From NCBI GenBank assembly GCA_017654855.1, contig CM030337.1, positions 868,001 through 932,000 of the forward strand: a stretch of DNA of 64,000 nt, given 5' to 3'. Positions 12,162 through 29,285 of the stretch are shown one piece after another; within the stretch, counting starts at the first letter, position 1, and every line of letters starts with the position of its first letter. Both the position numbers and the translations under genes were made by a program. The DNA comes from Podospora anserina (lineage: Eukaryota). The notes beneath the pieces were generated by a model, which ran no database searches, was not told the DNA's origin, and was given only the letters and a program-made list of their open reading frames with translations.

Positions 12162-15016
12162 ATGTCAACCGTCGCTGCAACACCACAGCGCTGCGACACG
12201 GCCCGACAGCTTGGCGAGATCTGAATCATGCTGCCTTCGACGACCACACAACAAGACATCAATCAGCATCATCCATCGATTTTGGTACCAGCCTCGCGCT
12301 GCCGATCTGGCTGACATGGTGTGGAATGACACAATTCACAAGAGAGCGATGCGCCAACCGACAGCCTTGGATCGGCCCATGGAGCATCCAAGGCTGTTGC
12401 ATCGTTCGGGCGTGTGTTGTGGTGTCGATTGCATCGCAAATGACGTCGATTGACGCGAGCTGGCTCTGCCGCGGGGTTCCTTGTGCATCATCAAGCGCCA
12501 ATTGTCGGCTGTCATTGGTTGGGAGGCCCTCAGGTGCGACCCCGCAAGAATTCAGGGTCTAAACCACGCCGCTCCATGGCGTCGTCCCTGCAGGGTCCAA
12601 CAGGGAACCCCGGCTATTTCTGGGCTGTCTTTGACGGATCAGCTGGACCCTGACTTTTTTTTTGGCTGCCATCGGCGCCCAACTCGAGCCCTTTTCGCTT
12701 CGCCAGGTTCACCTGTCATATGACGTCATCCCCACCCTCGACACCACTCCGGAATGTCTCGATTTCGGGTTTGGGAGTCGGTTCCCCGTCATCGAATGGG
12801 ATCAGCGACCGTTTTCCTTTTTTTGGTGTTCAACCTTGGGTTTCTCGACCTTTTTCGGTTTCCTACCTCGAACTTGTATGATGTAGTGGTGGCTTTCTTT
12901 GCGGAGCAAAGCAACGCTTTTACCCGATTTCCCGCCATCTTCGATGACGATGTCGCTTTTTCAGTTCCCAACATGGAGAGCGGTTTTTTTTCTTCACTAT
13001 TGTGTCCTAGAGCCCGGCAAGCGTGTGGGACTGCGACACTTGTACCAACAAAGTCTATGATGACAATGACGGCATTCCCACGGGCGCTTGATATAAAACA
13101 GTTTTGGGACTATGATCGCATGGGGGTTTTTTTTTACGATTTTTTACGATGGAACTCTAGCGTGTATTATGAAATCATGGGTGGCATCAAGAAAGGGAAA
13201 GGGATATGATAGATCTGCTTTCAAAGCGCGGGCTAGCAAAGGAGTGCATGGCTAGCGATTTTGTTTTTGGATTTTCTCACAACGCATCCCGGCTATCAGT
13301 GCTGGGTTTTGTATCATTTCTCTTTATTTCTTTCTTGGTTACTAGAAATGGCGGGTTTCTTTTCTATAGACCCAAACATCCCCTCGATGGGGAGAGGTTT
13401 GGCGGGCGAGGTGTTGATTTCACTGGGTTTCAAATGGGTTCATCTTTTGGGGGATGGGAAAAAAGAGAATGATTACTACTGTTACAATGAAAAGGGTGTA
13501 CAGTCGAATGTTGTACGATGGATGGGTGGGGGGAATGATTAGTATATTGATGGGAAAAAGTAGATAGCATGATTCTGAACAATAGTATTTAATACCCCTC
13601 ACTGCAAGTACACGATACTTTAGCATTTTGGTGATCTGTTTGACAGCATTTAAAGGATTGCGTGTTGACGGGTAGGTTATGCTGGCCAGGCTGGCTTGTG
13701 GTTAGATGGAAAGTGGGGGAAATGGGGTGACATCAGGAGAGGTTTTTCCAAGCTCACGATGCCTGGGGAGCACGGGAGCTTTTCAAAGCGGGGTTGTGAT
13801 GACGGCACCCTCCTCCCGATTTGGGCAGTTTCTCACCCCCCCCTCGGGCGTCTCGTGGTAGGTCTATGACAAAAGTACTGATAAGGCACTCTAAAAAAGT
13901 GAGAAAAGATGGAAACGACCAAATGAGGTGGGTGGTGATCAAGGTTGGTTTTGGGTTAGCTTCGAGAACTGTTCGGGTATGAGTCCCGCCCTTGAACGGG
14001 CGGACAAGACCCTGACGTTTGGTGTGATGGGTTTGCAAAGTTATTCATCCCCCTGGGCTACTGACGTCTGAGAGGGACCCTGAGGTTCCGAGACAAAAGG
14101 AATGAGAGACGGGATAGCGTGCACTGACGTAAGGGGAGGGGTATTGTGAGAGTGGGAGGATATAGGGCGATTGTCGTGATCAGCGCCGGTTCTTAGGAAC
14201 ATTGCGAGAAGGTAAAAAGTGAAGGAGGGAATGGTCCGGGATTTCGGGGGGTCGGAAGGTGTGGGTTAGTGACGTTGTGGTATCTCCGAAGATCTCTCCA
14301 TCTCTTGAGAGGATAACTATGATGATAGGTATAGGATAGGGGAATGACGCTGTAGAGTGGAATGAATGCACGACACATGAGGTATGGCGGGCGGGGTCGG
14401 TCCCTTTACCGGTTCTAGATGCCCCCCCAAAATCTACCTAGCTTCAACAGATGTAACCTGGGATTGTATGTATCTGGTACTTTTGAGCAACAATGATGAT
14501 GATGCCCTCACTTACACTAACAGACATCTCCACAATGGGTCTTGGGTGATGATGTCTGCATTCACGAGAATCCAAATTCAGTAGAATCGGAGGTTCATTC
14601 TCCCCAAACAACTTGCAACGAAATGCTCCAACCATTCATCACAACCCCCACCCATCTTGTTGCTGTGCAAACCCAACCCCCCCCCCCCCGGCGCGCGATC
14701 CGTGATATCAGCCCAGGGCAGCAACGAATCGAGACCTCACCAACCCCACCTTACACTATCATCAGTAATAAACCATCCTCCCAGCAATAACTGCAAAGCC
14801 TCGCATCCCGAACCCGAGAAATCCTCATGTTGCATTTCCTTTGTTGACAAATTAACCCAAAATCATTCCCAATAAATTCCGCGGTTATCCGTCCCCTTCC
14901 ACACCTCAATAATAACGAGGCTTAGGCCACCGCGCCAAGACATGTCAATTCATCGTTTTGAACAAACGCCCATGGTCACAGGAGCCAACCTCAACCCGCA
15001 TTAGAATATTGAAACA

Positions 15017-15060
15017 GATGTAGATGCAGATGCAGATGCAGATGCAGATGCAGATTGCAG
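15017..15060. repeat. (GATGCA)n hexanucleotide repeat
   Basis: About 7 imperfect units read directly. Confidence 0.9.
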
Positions 15061-15586
15061 CTGTAGACCAGTTGTCAAGTCAGGCCATGATGGCCTGCCC
15101 TATCACGAAAGCCGGTGTCAAGCCCGAGAGGGTTATGTCGGGAAGAAATATGGAGTGGTGAGGTTACATTCTCTAGTATCAACAAACAGACCACAATCTT
15201 TAACTTTGTCCAGCTTGTCCAACAATCCAACCTAACTATGGGACCTCCAAGTTTGGGTCAACCACCACACCGGGCCTGGAACCAACAACACTGCCCCAAC
15301 ATCACCAGTAATTCCTATGCGAGTTGAGGAAGCGAGCCATCACCTGACACACATTACCTGCTGCCTGCCCCATTAAAGAAAACTCTCGTAAATTGTAGCT
15401 AACTTTTCTGTCTTTCTGACACATAACCAAAAACACGACACGCGGCCCATTACTCGCTTTTTTCTTACTCGATTTTTGACACACAGCCCAGCCCAGACCC
15501 CAACAAGAATAGAAACCCAGCCCGGCCATAGACACACTCGTCGAGTTGATCAACAGAGCCTCTATTCTTCCTCGTCCATGCATGGC

Positions 15587-20529
<4,943 letters not shown>

Positions 20530-21105
20530 TTAAGCGGATCAACCCCTCCGATGACAGGACAGGGTAGCACCGAGTGGGCAGCCTCAACATTCGGATCGCG
20601 TTCCGATGATTCGGTTTCTCTTCAATATCAAAATCCGTGTACATGTGTACAAAGAGCACAGGAATCACGGTCAATGAAGCAACCCCCACGACGACGGGAC
20701 AGCATCCGAGCCTCGGGACTGTCTTTACCCGACTGTACGGGCGAGCACAAAGCTGCCGTTTGGGCGGACGGGTTGAGGTCTCACACCGACCAAAATGCCC
20801 CTCCTTTTCTTCAAGACGTTGAGACACATGGCCAGCGAGCATGTCTCGAGGGGAATAAATAACCCGGAGAGCTATGGTGTCTCTTCCTTTCTTCTTGACG
20901 GGCTCAACAGTTTTGACTGAAACTATCCATACATAAACGAAGCTCATGTTTGTGATTCCATTGACAGCCCAGTCATTGGCCGTTGTCGGAGCTTGTCAAG
21001 GTGGGTCTTGTTGAATTGGCTGCTTGCGGAGAACCCTGGCCTTGAGGTTGATGACATTGCCTGCCGGGATGTTGAGACCCCACCTGAAAGCTAATTAATG
21101 GCAGA

Positions 21106-21314
21106 CACATCCTGGACAAAATAACAAAAAGACAGTGACATGAAATCAGAGCGTTGAAGGATAGTTATTCAAAGGTCTGCAAGATACATTGAAGGCCGAT
21201 ATACGTATAATCTGAGGCCTATTCACCGCTATCTTTGAATGCCTCCTGACTGTCTTTTAGGGATAAGTCCTCGTTCCAAACCATGGCCGTCTCTGTTTTT
21301 TTGTCAACCATGTG
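21106..21314. mobile_element. Degenerate MITE-like element related to 5152-5408, in the ARO1/rvt divergent intergenic region
   Basis: Imperfect inverted termini CACAT....GACAAAA.AACA..GAC; AGA on both flanks (21103-21105, 21315-21317); interior shares TTGAAGGATAGT exactly with the 5152 element. Confidence 0.45.
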
Positions 21315-21795
21315 AGATGGACAGATGTCAAACACCCTTGCGGCTCTGTGGCTCATACGATGACTACTCACAAATACTTTCTCAACTTCGGATCAATCCA
21401 ACCTCAATATGAAGCCGAGGACGGAGAGCTATGAAGCCAGGTCACTCTTTCCCAATGTCTTCTTTTTCTGTTGCCTTCTTAGGCTCTCCTTGGCAGTTGC
21501 ACTTGGCAGGTACAGGCATAAGGCATAGGGCGTCGCGACGCCTTCCCAATCAAATTTGTGCTCGGACTTACGCCCTTCTCAAGGCTCGCATGTATTCTTG
21601 TTGATTCTGTCGCTTCCTGTCCTCATGTCTGTCCTCATGCCATTTCGACATGCCCACCATGGCGGACCACAGTTTCAACCAGCATATAACAGGGTCCAGC
21701 CCGCCAGTCCTCGGAACAATGCCTCTCTCTATAGACATCATACACCACACTTTCACAAGACAAACTAGTTATCCCCACGACATCCATCTCGCAAC

Positions 21796-24565
21796 ATGGC
21801 CTCTCCAACCTCGGTCCTCTCCAAGACCTTGCAGAGCATCACCCGCAGCAAGATCCGCGAGTTGGAGTCCCGCCACAAGTCCTACGAAGCTCGCAAATCC
21901 GACTTGCTTGCCCAGGTCGACGCGGCCACTGAGGAGCAAGATCGACTGAGCCTTCTCCTGGACGCTTTCCGGGAACTGTACCCAGGGGCTCATGGAGATG
22001 TTTCACTTCACAACGTTGAGCGTTGGATCGCTCAGTCCCGTTACGATGCGTCCATTCCCGTTTCCAAGCTGATGAGCTTTGGCCGGGAGCTCCGAGAGAA
22101 GCTCGATCACCAGAGCAGAAGGTTGAACATGGCTCATCTGTACACGCGGCTCTTGACAGGTAAGCATACTTCTCTGCTTTTACCTCCTTTGTTTTGCGAC
22201 ATATGGTCTAACAAACAATCTAGAATGGATGGATCAACCGCCTGCAGTTTCATCCACTGCTGCGGCTGATGACGGGCTTGATGATTCCTTTGAACTTGTT
22301 GAGCGCCAGCGCCAGCGGCTGTCTGAACTTGTTGACAAGTTTGAATCGGTCGTTTTTAAGCCTCTGGAGACGAGTGATGCTGAGATCCGCAAATTCCTCG
22401 ACCGTCTGTTCCCTGATGAGAAGAGTCTGAAAGCCTTGGAAGAGCTTCGCAAAACTGTCGCCATCGAAACTATGTCCTTCATGTCCCAGGCTTCACCGTT
22501 CAACCAGAAGTCTCTCACTACTTGCATCAATGGTCTCTTGACTGAGGATATTCTCAGCGATGAAAAGCAAGCCATCCTCCAGGACTTTCTGGGGAGTGAT
22601 GTCGCCCTAGCCGAGATTGCCGACGTTTTGAACACGCGTTTCTCTGATATCAAGCAATGGCAGTGGGACGCCGGGAAGGACGGTATCCGCGTCATCCCTC
22701 GAGCGGGTTTGAATGGCAAGTATCGAGTGTGGGCCGACGACGATATCCTGCAAATGATTTTCGTCCAGTACATAGGTGTGAGACTCTGCAACATCATCAA
22801 GCCAGCCCTGAAGATTTTCATGTGGGCCGTACGCCAGAGGGATCTCGATACCAACACAGTCCCAACCGCAGCTGAGAGCGAGAGGCGCAGATATTACCTC
22901 AGTGAGTATCCGACTTCGCATAACGTCGAGGACATGCGCATGGAGGACTACATGGAGACCTTCTTTCTGTCGCAGCTGCCAAGCACCGAATCCGACATGA
23001 ACCGTTATGACGACGACAGTGACGGGAGCGATGATGGCAGTGTTCAAGATCGCAACACATCTACGCCAAAGAAATCCAACATCAAGCAGCAGCTTTTGCG
23101 ACGTTTGACAACAGAGTTGCTTATTCATCGACTCCGCGGCGTGACTCTTGAAAACCGCCATGAGGCCAGCAACCCTGTTGCGCTGGTTCAGACAGACTTG
23201 CAATGGTACGGAACAGGTCTCTCTCACACCACCATCTATTCCCTGATGCGATATATTGGTTTTGGTCAGGACTGGATCAGCTTTTTCAAGAAATACCTCG
23301 AAGCCCCGCTCAACCTTGACATGGCTTCCGACAACCGGCCCCAACTTGGGCCGCGCACTCGAAAGAGGGGTGTCCCCATGGCACACGCATCGGAGAAGTT
23401 GACTGGGGAGTTGGTGTTGTTCTTCATGGATATTGCAGTCAACCGCGAGACTGGGATTCTGCCATACCGCTTGCATGACGACATCTGGCTTCTGGGTGAG
23501 CCCACCAGAGCGGCCCAAGCCTGGGAGTGCATGCAATTGTTCGCCAAGGTCTTTGGTCTCGAGTTCAACAGGAGCAAAACTGGGTCTGTCTATCTCCCAG
23601 GCGCCAGCAACAGGGACACTAATGTTTCTGATATCTTGCCGGCCGGGCCAGTCACCATTGGCTTCTTGCAACTCGACCCAGAGACGGGACGATGGACCAT
23701 CGACCAGAAGCTCGTCTTTGCGCATGTCGACCAGCTGAAGAAGCAGCTTGACGAGTGCAATAGTGTTCTCTCCTGGGTTCAAACCTGGAACAGCTGCATT
23801 GGTCGGTTTTTCAGCCACACGTTTGGCGAGCCTGCCTTCTGTTTTGGACGGGAACACATCAGTGAGGTGTTGGACACGTACACCAAGATGCTGGCGAGGC
23901 TTTTCCCTGCAGAGAACGGCGTGCAAGGCAGCGTGGTTGAGCACCTCAAGGCGATTCTCCGCGACCGTTTCGGCGTCTCGGATCTGCCTGATGCTTTCAT
24001 ATTTTTGCCTGAGCAACTTGGCGGCTTGGGGTTGAGAAACCCGTTTGTGAGCTTGTTCTTGATCCGCGACGGCATCACGAAGACTCCGGGTGAGATTCTC
24101 GACGAGTATATCGAGTGGGAGCACGCGTCATACCTGGAGCGAAAGAATGTGTTTGCGAAGGAAGACGACAAGTATCGCTATCGGCGTTTGGTGAATATCC
24201 TTTCCCCTGAAGAGATCTCGGAGACATCAGCGGTCAAGGAATCGGAGCAGGATGTTTTCTTCTCGTTTGAAGAGTTCTGCCGGTTTCGCGAGAGGACACA
24301 GACAAAGTATCGGTCTGTGTACGAGGAGCTTCAGACGGTTCCTCGCACAGAGGATATCCACTTGAGCGCCGACGTGAGCCGCAAGTTGAAGGCATTCCTT
24401 GCCGGTGTTGAGATTGACTCGGAGAAGAAGTGGTTCTTGCAGCTCTATGCAGAGGAGTTGCTGCGGGACTTTGGAAGCCTGACTTTGGTCGACAAGCAAT
24501 TCCTGCCTGTCGGTGTGTTGGAACTGATGAGAGGCAAAAAGGTCACCTGGAAGATGGTGCTGTGA
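21796..24565 (+). CDS. rvt: Cellular reverse-transcriptase-related protein RVT (N-terminal coiled coil + RT core + thumb), ~901 aa, two exons
   Basis: Exon 1 21796-22159, intron 22160-22223 (GTAAGC..CTAAC..TAG), exon 2 22224-24565, joining as LLT-E-W-MDQ. RT motifs: VQTDLQWYG (A), KRGVPMAH (B'), YRLHDDIWL (C; LHDD at 23471-23482), FGLEFNRSKT (D), IGFLQL (E), LPEQLGGLGL (thumb). No endonuclease, RNase H, integrase, LTR or poly-A seen. Confidence 0.9.
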
Positions 24566-24753
24566 TGGGGGACTCGGGGCGCTTTGTGTGGGAAACCATT
24601 ATGAATTAAAACAGAAGGGTACTGTCGCTATGATGCATTCCAATACATATATCCACACGCCTGCGCTTCCTCATGAACCAAAAGGTCCGTTGTCTTTTAA
24701 AGCCCCAAAATTAACCATTGAAAAGCCAAAAACACTCGGGCCCCTTCGCGTCG

Positions 24754-26434
24754 TTACACCTTTCCATCGGCCGCGTCGCGCTCCTCGTGCGAGTCATAGC
24801 GCCCACGGAAGAGGTCGGCGGCAGCTGGGTGGACGAAACCTTGCCTATACCAGAGCTTGTGCCCGATCCAGAAGGCGGCAAACAAGATGAGACTGATGTA
24901 GGCGGCAAAAAAGTCGCTAGTCTTCCACTCGATGAACACGGCGAAGCCTTGGGTCAAGGCGACAAGGATGTTGAAAAAGAGACCGTACCACGCGGTGAAC
25001 GGCTGGAACTTGGAGATGTAGGGCAGGTCGGAAACGGGAACGTTTTGGGCCTTGAGCGCACGTCTGAAGCCAATCAACGAGGCACATGTGCTTCCCCAGG
25101 TGGTAAGACCGGCGACACCGCTGATGTTGAGCAGCCAGTTGAAGGCCTCCTGACCTCCGGCGGGTGACAGGTTCAAAAATCCGAGCAGGCCGATGGCCGA
25201 GGTGACGGCCACGGCATAGATTGGAATACCATGCTTGTTGGTCTTGGTCAGGATCTTGGGAGCAAGACCCTCCTCGGCGAGCGCAAGAAGCACACGGCTG
25301 CCCGAGTAGACGTTGGAGTTGGCAGCTGACAGCACAGCCGTCAGCAGAACGGCGTTGATGATGTGCGGCAAGACGGGGACACCGGCAAGGTCAGCAGCAA
25401 CCACAAGAGGCGAGGCCTTGGCGTTGGTCGACCCGTTGGCAGCCTGGTCCTTGAGGGTTGGGTCGTTGGATGGCACAATCATGCCGAGCAGAAAGATTGT
25501 GACGACAAACATGACCATGATACCCCAGAAGGTAGTCCGGATGGCGCTTGGAACCGTCTTCTTGGGGTTGCGAGCCTCACCGGCAGCCACGCCCACAAGC
25601 TCAGCGCCCTGGTACGCAAACGAGGCCTGAATCATGACTGCCCAAAAGCCGACGAATTTCCCGACACCACCCGACACCAAGTGCTCGACAAATGGACCTT
25701 GTTCCCTCCAGTGCTTGAATCCAATCACGCCCTGCTGTCCGGCACCGGCAGCGATGCAAATGGCGAAGATGATGAAGCCAAGAATAGTGATGACCTTCAA
25801 ACTCGACAGCCACATTTCGAGCTCGCCATAGATGCCGACGGGGAGGTAGTTGACCAGCGTAAAGATGACGAAAAAAACAGCGATGAAAATGCCAATGTTT
25901 ATATCCTCGTTCCAGTACTGAATAATCAAGCCCGATGCACTGAGAGAAAGAGCGTACGTGATAGCCCCTAGTTCAAACAATGTCAGCATTCACACCTCAC
26001 CACACACCCAAATATCAACCCCCAGAAAACTTACAGCCAAACCAATACAACCACCCAACCGCAAAACCCAAACTCGGGTCAACAAACCTCGTCGCATACG
26101 TCGAAAAGGCACCTGCGGTAGGGATATACGTCGACAACTCGCCCAAGCTCACCATGACCGACCACAGCATGGTCCCAACAAACAGATAAGACAGCAGACA
26201 CCCCAGCGGACCAGCCTTCAAAAGCGCCGTGCCGCTGCCCAGGAAGAAACCCGTCCCGATCGTACCGCCGATGGCGATAAAGTTGAGATGCCTCGCCGAC
26301 AGGGTCCTCTGCAGCTCTCCCTGTTGATCCGATTCCGCATCACCGCCTGTCGGTCCCTTCTTCTCAACCGTCACACCTCCGTCCATGACTCCCGAGTCGG
26401 CCGGGGACGGCCATTCGTTTGCGTCCTTGACCAT
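24754..26434 (-). CDS. Amino-acid permease (APC/YAT family)
   Basis: Motifs RHLNFIAIGGTIGTG, GELEMWLSSLK, GAELVGVAAGEARNP, SAANSNVYSGSR. Intron 25968-26034 (GTAAGT..GCTGAC..TAG) joins GWLYWFG-W-AITY. Confidence 0.96.
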
Positions 26435-28831
26435 TATCGATCACCTATGTAGTTGTCGTCTCTTCCGTTGCTCCGGGGTTGGGTGGAGGGTGGTGGGTGG
26501 TGGGGGGCGGGCACACTCACCCGGCCGAATCGGACCGAGCTGATTTTTTTTTTGTGTGTGAAAGGGACTTGCGAAAAAGTCACAGGCCCTTTCTAACAAC
26601 CACACAAAACAAATGGTCGGCGCCAAAGAGAACGCGGGGATGGGAGGGATCGAAGCGGCACAACAAGCGGGAAAGGGATTGGGAAATCCAAAAAGAAAGA
26701 ATGGACGTGTTGTGAGAAAAAATGTGTTCTCGATCGGCCCCGGGTGGATACACCTTTCCCCGAGGGATGGGTGACTCCTTGTTCGGGGATTCTTGGGATT
26801 CGTGAGTGGTTGATTGGGTATTTGTGGAGAGAGAGAACTGGAGAATCTCGCTGAAAAGCCGGGGAACCCTCTTTTTTCTCTCTCGGTCAAAGATCTCCGG
26901 GTTTCGGGATGTAAAGTCTCGGGGTGTGGTTTATACACGAATGGATAAGGTAGGGTAATAAAATAAAAAAGAATGAAAGGCAAGACACCAAAGAAAAGTA
27001 TGCAACTCTAATGACTACTGCAATGGGGATGCAGTAGTTGGTCTTAGAGCCTTTTCTCTGAGCTTGTTTGGTCGGTTATTACACCCCGCAGAGAAGGAAG
27101 GAAGGAAGGAAGGTGGTGATGGTGGTGGTGGGTTGGGAAGGCGGGGGGCGTCAAGCCAAGGATATAAACCTTTTTCTTTTCTCTCTTCTCACTTTCAGCC
27201 AAAAACCCTGTTGATGAAAATATCGGCGTTTGTCTCTTCCGTATGGCTTGGTGGGTGGGTTGGTGGTGAAGCAAAGCGAGAATGCGGAATATGCCGAGCG
27301 TTGTTGACAATGCAAATTGTTTGTCTCTTTTCAGGGGATGACCCAAATTCAGGGGTTGGGCTGGGAGAATGTCAATAATCAACAATGGATGTGATGCACC
27401 AACACAGCAACGATGGGAAGATGGGAGTTGAAACAAAAAAAATCCGGGGATGGAATGAGCTTAAGTTCTGGGGTATATAAACTTTTGGAATTCACAGATT
27501 TAGGGTGCAAAAGCAAAGGAAAGCATGACCCGAAGAGTATTCAACGGTCGCGACCGGCCGTTGTTGGCGAGTGAAAGAGCCAAAGACTCGGCTGTTGAGT
27601 GACGTTTTGAACCACTTTGGGCCTGCCATCCTGCTAGACTGGAAAGACTGACCGAGGTTTGAAAAAAAAAAGTCTGCAGAAGAAAAAAAAAAAAAAAACC
27701 GGTTGTCGATCACCACCAGTGCGCTGACATATGACTACCACCCGCAAGGGAAAACATCACCACGTTCCCACATTTTTTTCTTCGTTTCTTGTTGGCTCCA
27801 GAGCTTCTCTTCCCGAACACCGAACCCATCCTTCTACAGTATCTACTGCAATTACTAGCGGGAAATGTACATACTCCGGTACATATGCCCGCATACCGCA
27901 TTGCATTGCATAAGCCCTCCTCGCCTGTTCCGGGGATAGAGTCCAGACCCTCTTTGCTTCATCCCTCATTATTTTCCCCCTTCCCACATTTGTAGGCTTT
28001 TCCCAGCAAATACCTCCCCTAAAAGATATCCAAGAACCACACTGCCCTCCACCAAATGATATCTTCCCACGTTACTCACCATCCCAGTCTCCCACACACA
28101 ACCCTCCCCATTTTCCCACCCCCACAACCCTCCCCATCTTCACACACACGCACATAAATAACCCTCCCACCCTCCCCAGATCCAGCATCTGAGGTACCCG
28201 AGCATCGCCACTGCCAAGCCTTTCCTCAGTGGCGCAACCAAAAGAAAAGCACGCAACCGCCCGGAATCACAGCGATCCCTTGCTCACACCAACCAAAAAA
28301 GAAAAAACTTTCTTCTCCCGCTTCCACTGCCGAACAAACCCCACTCACCTTATTCTCTCTCATCTCTTTATCTCCGTGATCAAACCCCCGGTGTCCTCCG
28401 GCTCGGCGGATGCGAACAAACTCGACCCCCCTGCTAAACCCATGCTATGTTCTTGGCAGGTAGTTGCAAGGTGAACAGGGGGGTTTACTTTTGCTCGCAA
28501 CCGCAGTACCGTAATATCCTCTGGGCCCATCACCAGATGGAACCACACCACGGATGCATTGAATGAATGTGTCACCCGTCCCAGGTCTGTCCCGGGCACC
28601 CGGGTTACCTACAAGCTTTCACCTCGTACCAAATCTTGTCAAAGACCCAGCAGCTTCGAATTCATATCAAACCACAACATCGATATTTACTATCAAAACT
28701 AACCCTCCACTCAAAAAAGAAACAAAAACCCATTCCCGTGAATCCATAATCAGCAAGAACATTTAAATATATATATTACCCACCACAAGCCGTCTTCTAC
28801 TTCGCCTTCATCTTCTTTGCCAGACAAGACA

Positions 28832-28903
28832 AGACAGACAGACAGACAGACAGGCCTGCTAACTATTAAAAATAAAGTTTTTTTCCTTCCATCCCTACAA
28901 CTA

Positions 28904-28934
<31 letters not shown>

Positions 28935-28964
28935 GAACCAAAGCCCTCCGTCCTCTCTCTCTCT
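28832..28964. repeat. (CAGA)n and (CT)n microsatellites downstream of the sugar transporter
   Basis: Read directly. Confidence 0.85.
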
Positions 28965-29285
28965 TTGGAACTCGCATACACGGCACAAAACGCCAGCGCG
29001 TACACTCGACACGTATATTTAGGTGCCCTTGGCAATGCCGTAGGGTAGCAAGCAAACAGACATCCCAACAAAACCCATTGTTTTCGCCTATCCGCCAAAA
29101 GAAAGAAATCCCTACAACAGACGCATGTTTATGCTTCTCCAGGGCCGTGGCCAAGAGAGCGAGAAATATATGACCTCTAGAGATGCAAGCAAGAGAGACT
29201 CCAGGTCGCCTTCCCAGTCGTAATGCAAATGCCCCGTCAAACTATTATGCAGTTTCGTGGCGGTTGGTATCATAAAAGGACAAAT

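Noticed and set aside
22607-24124. 505-aa antisense ORF over rvt
   Set aside because: Codon-bias shadow of the sense gene with no recognisable motifs.
21796-24565. RT gene as a LINE or LTR retrotransposon
   Set aside because: Has a spliceosomal intron and lacks gag, endonuclease, RNase H, integrase, LTRs and poly-A; no RIP-like decay.
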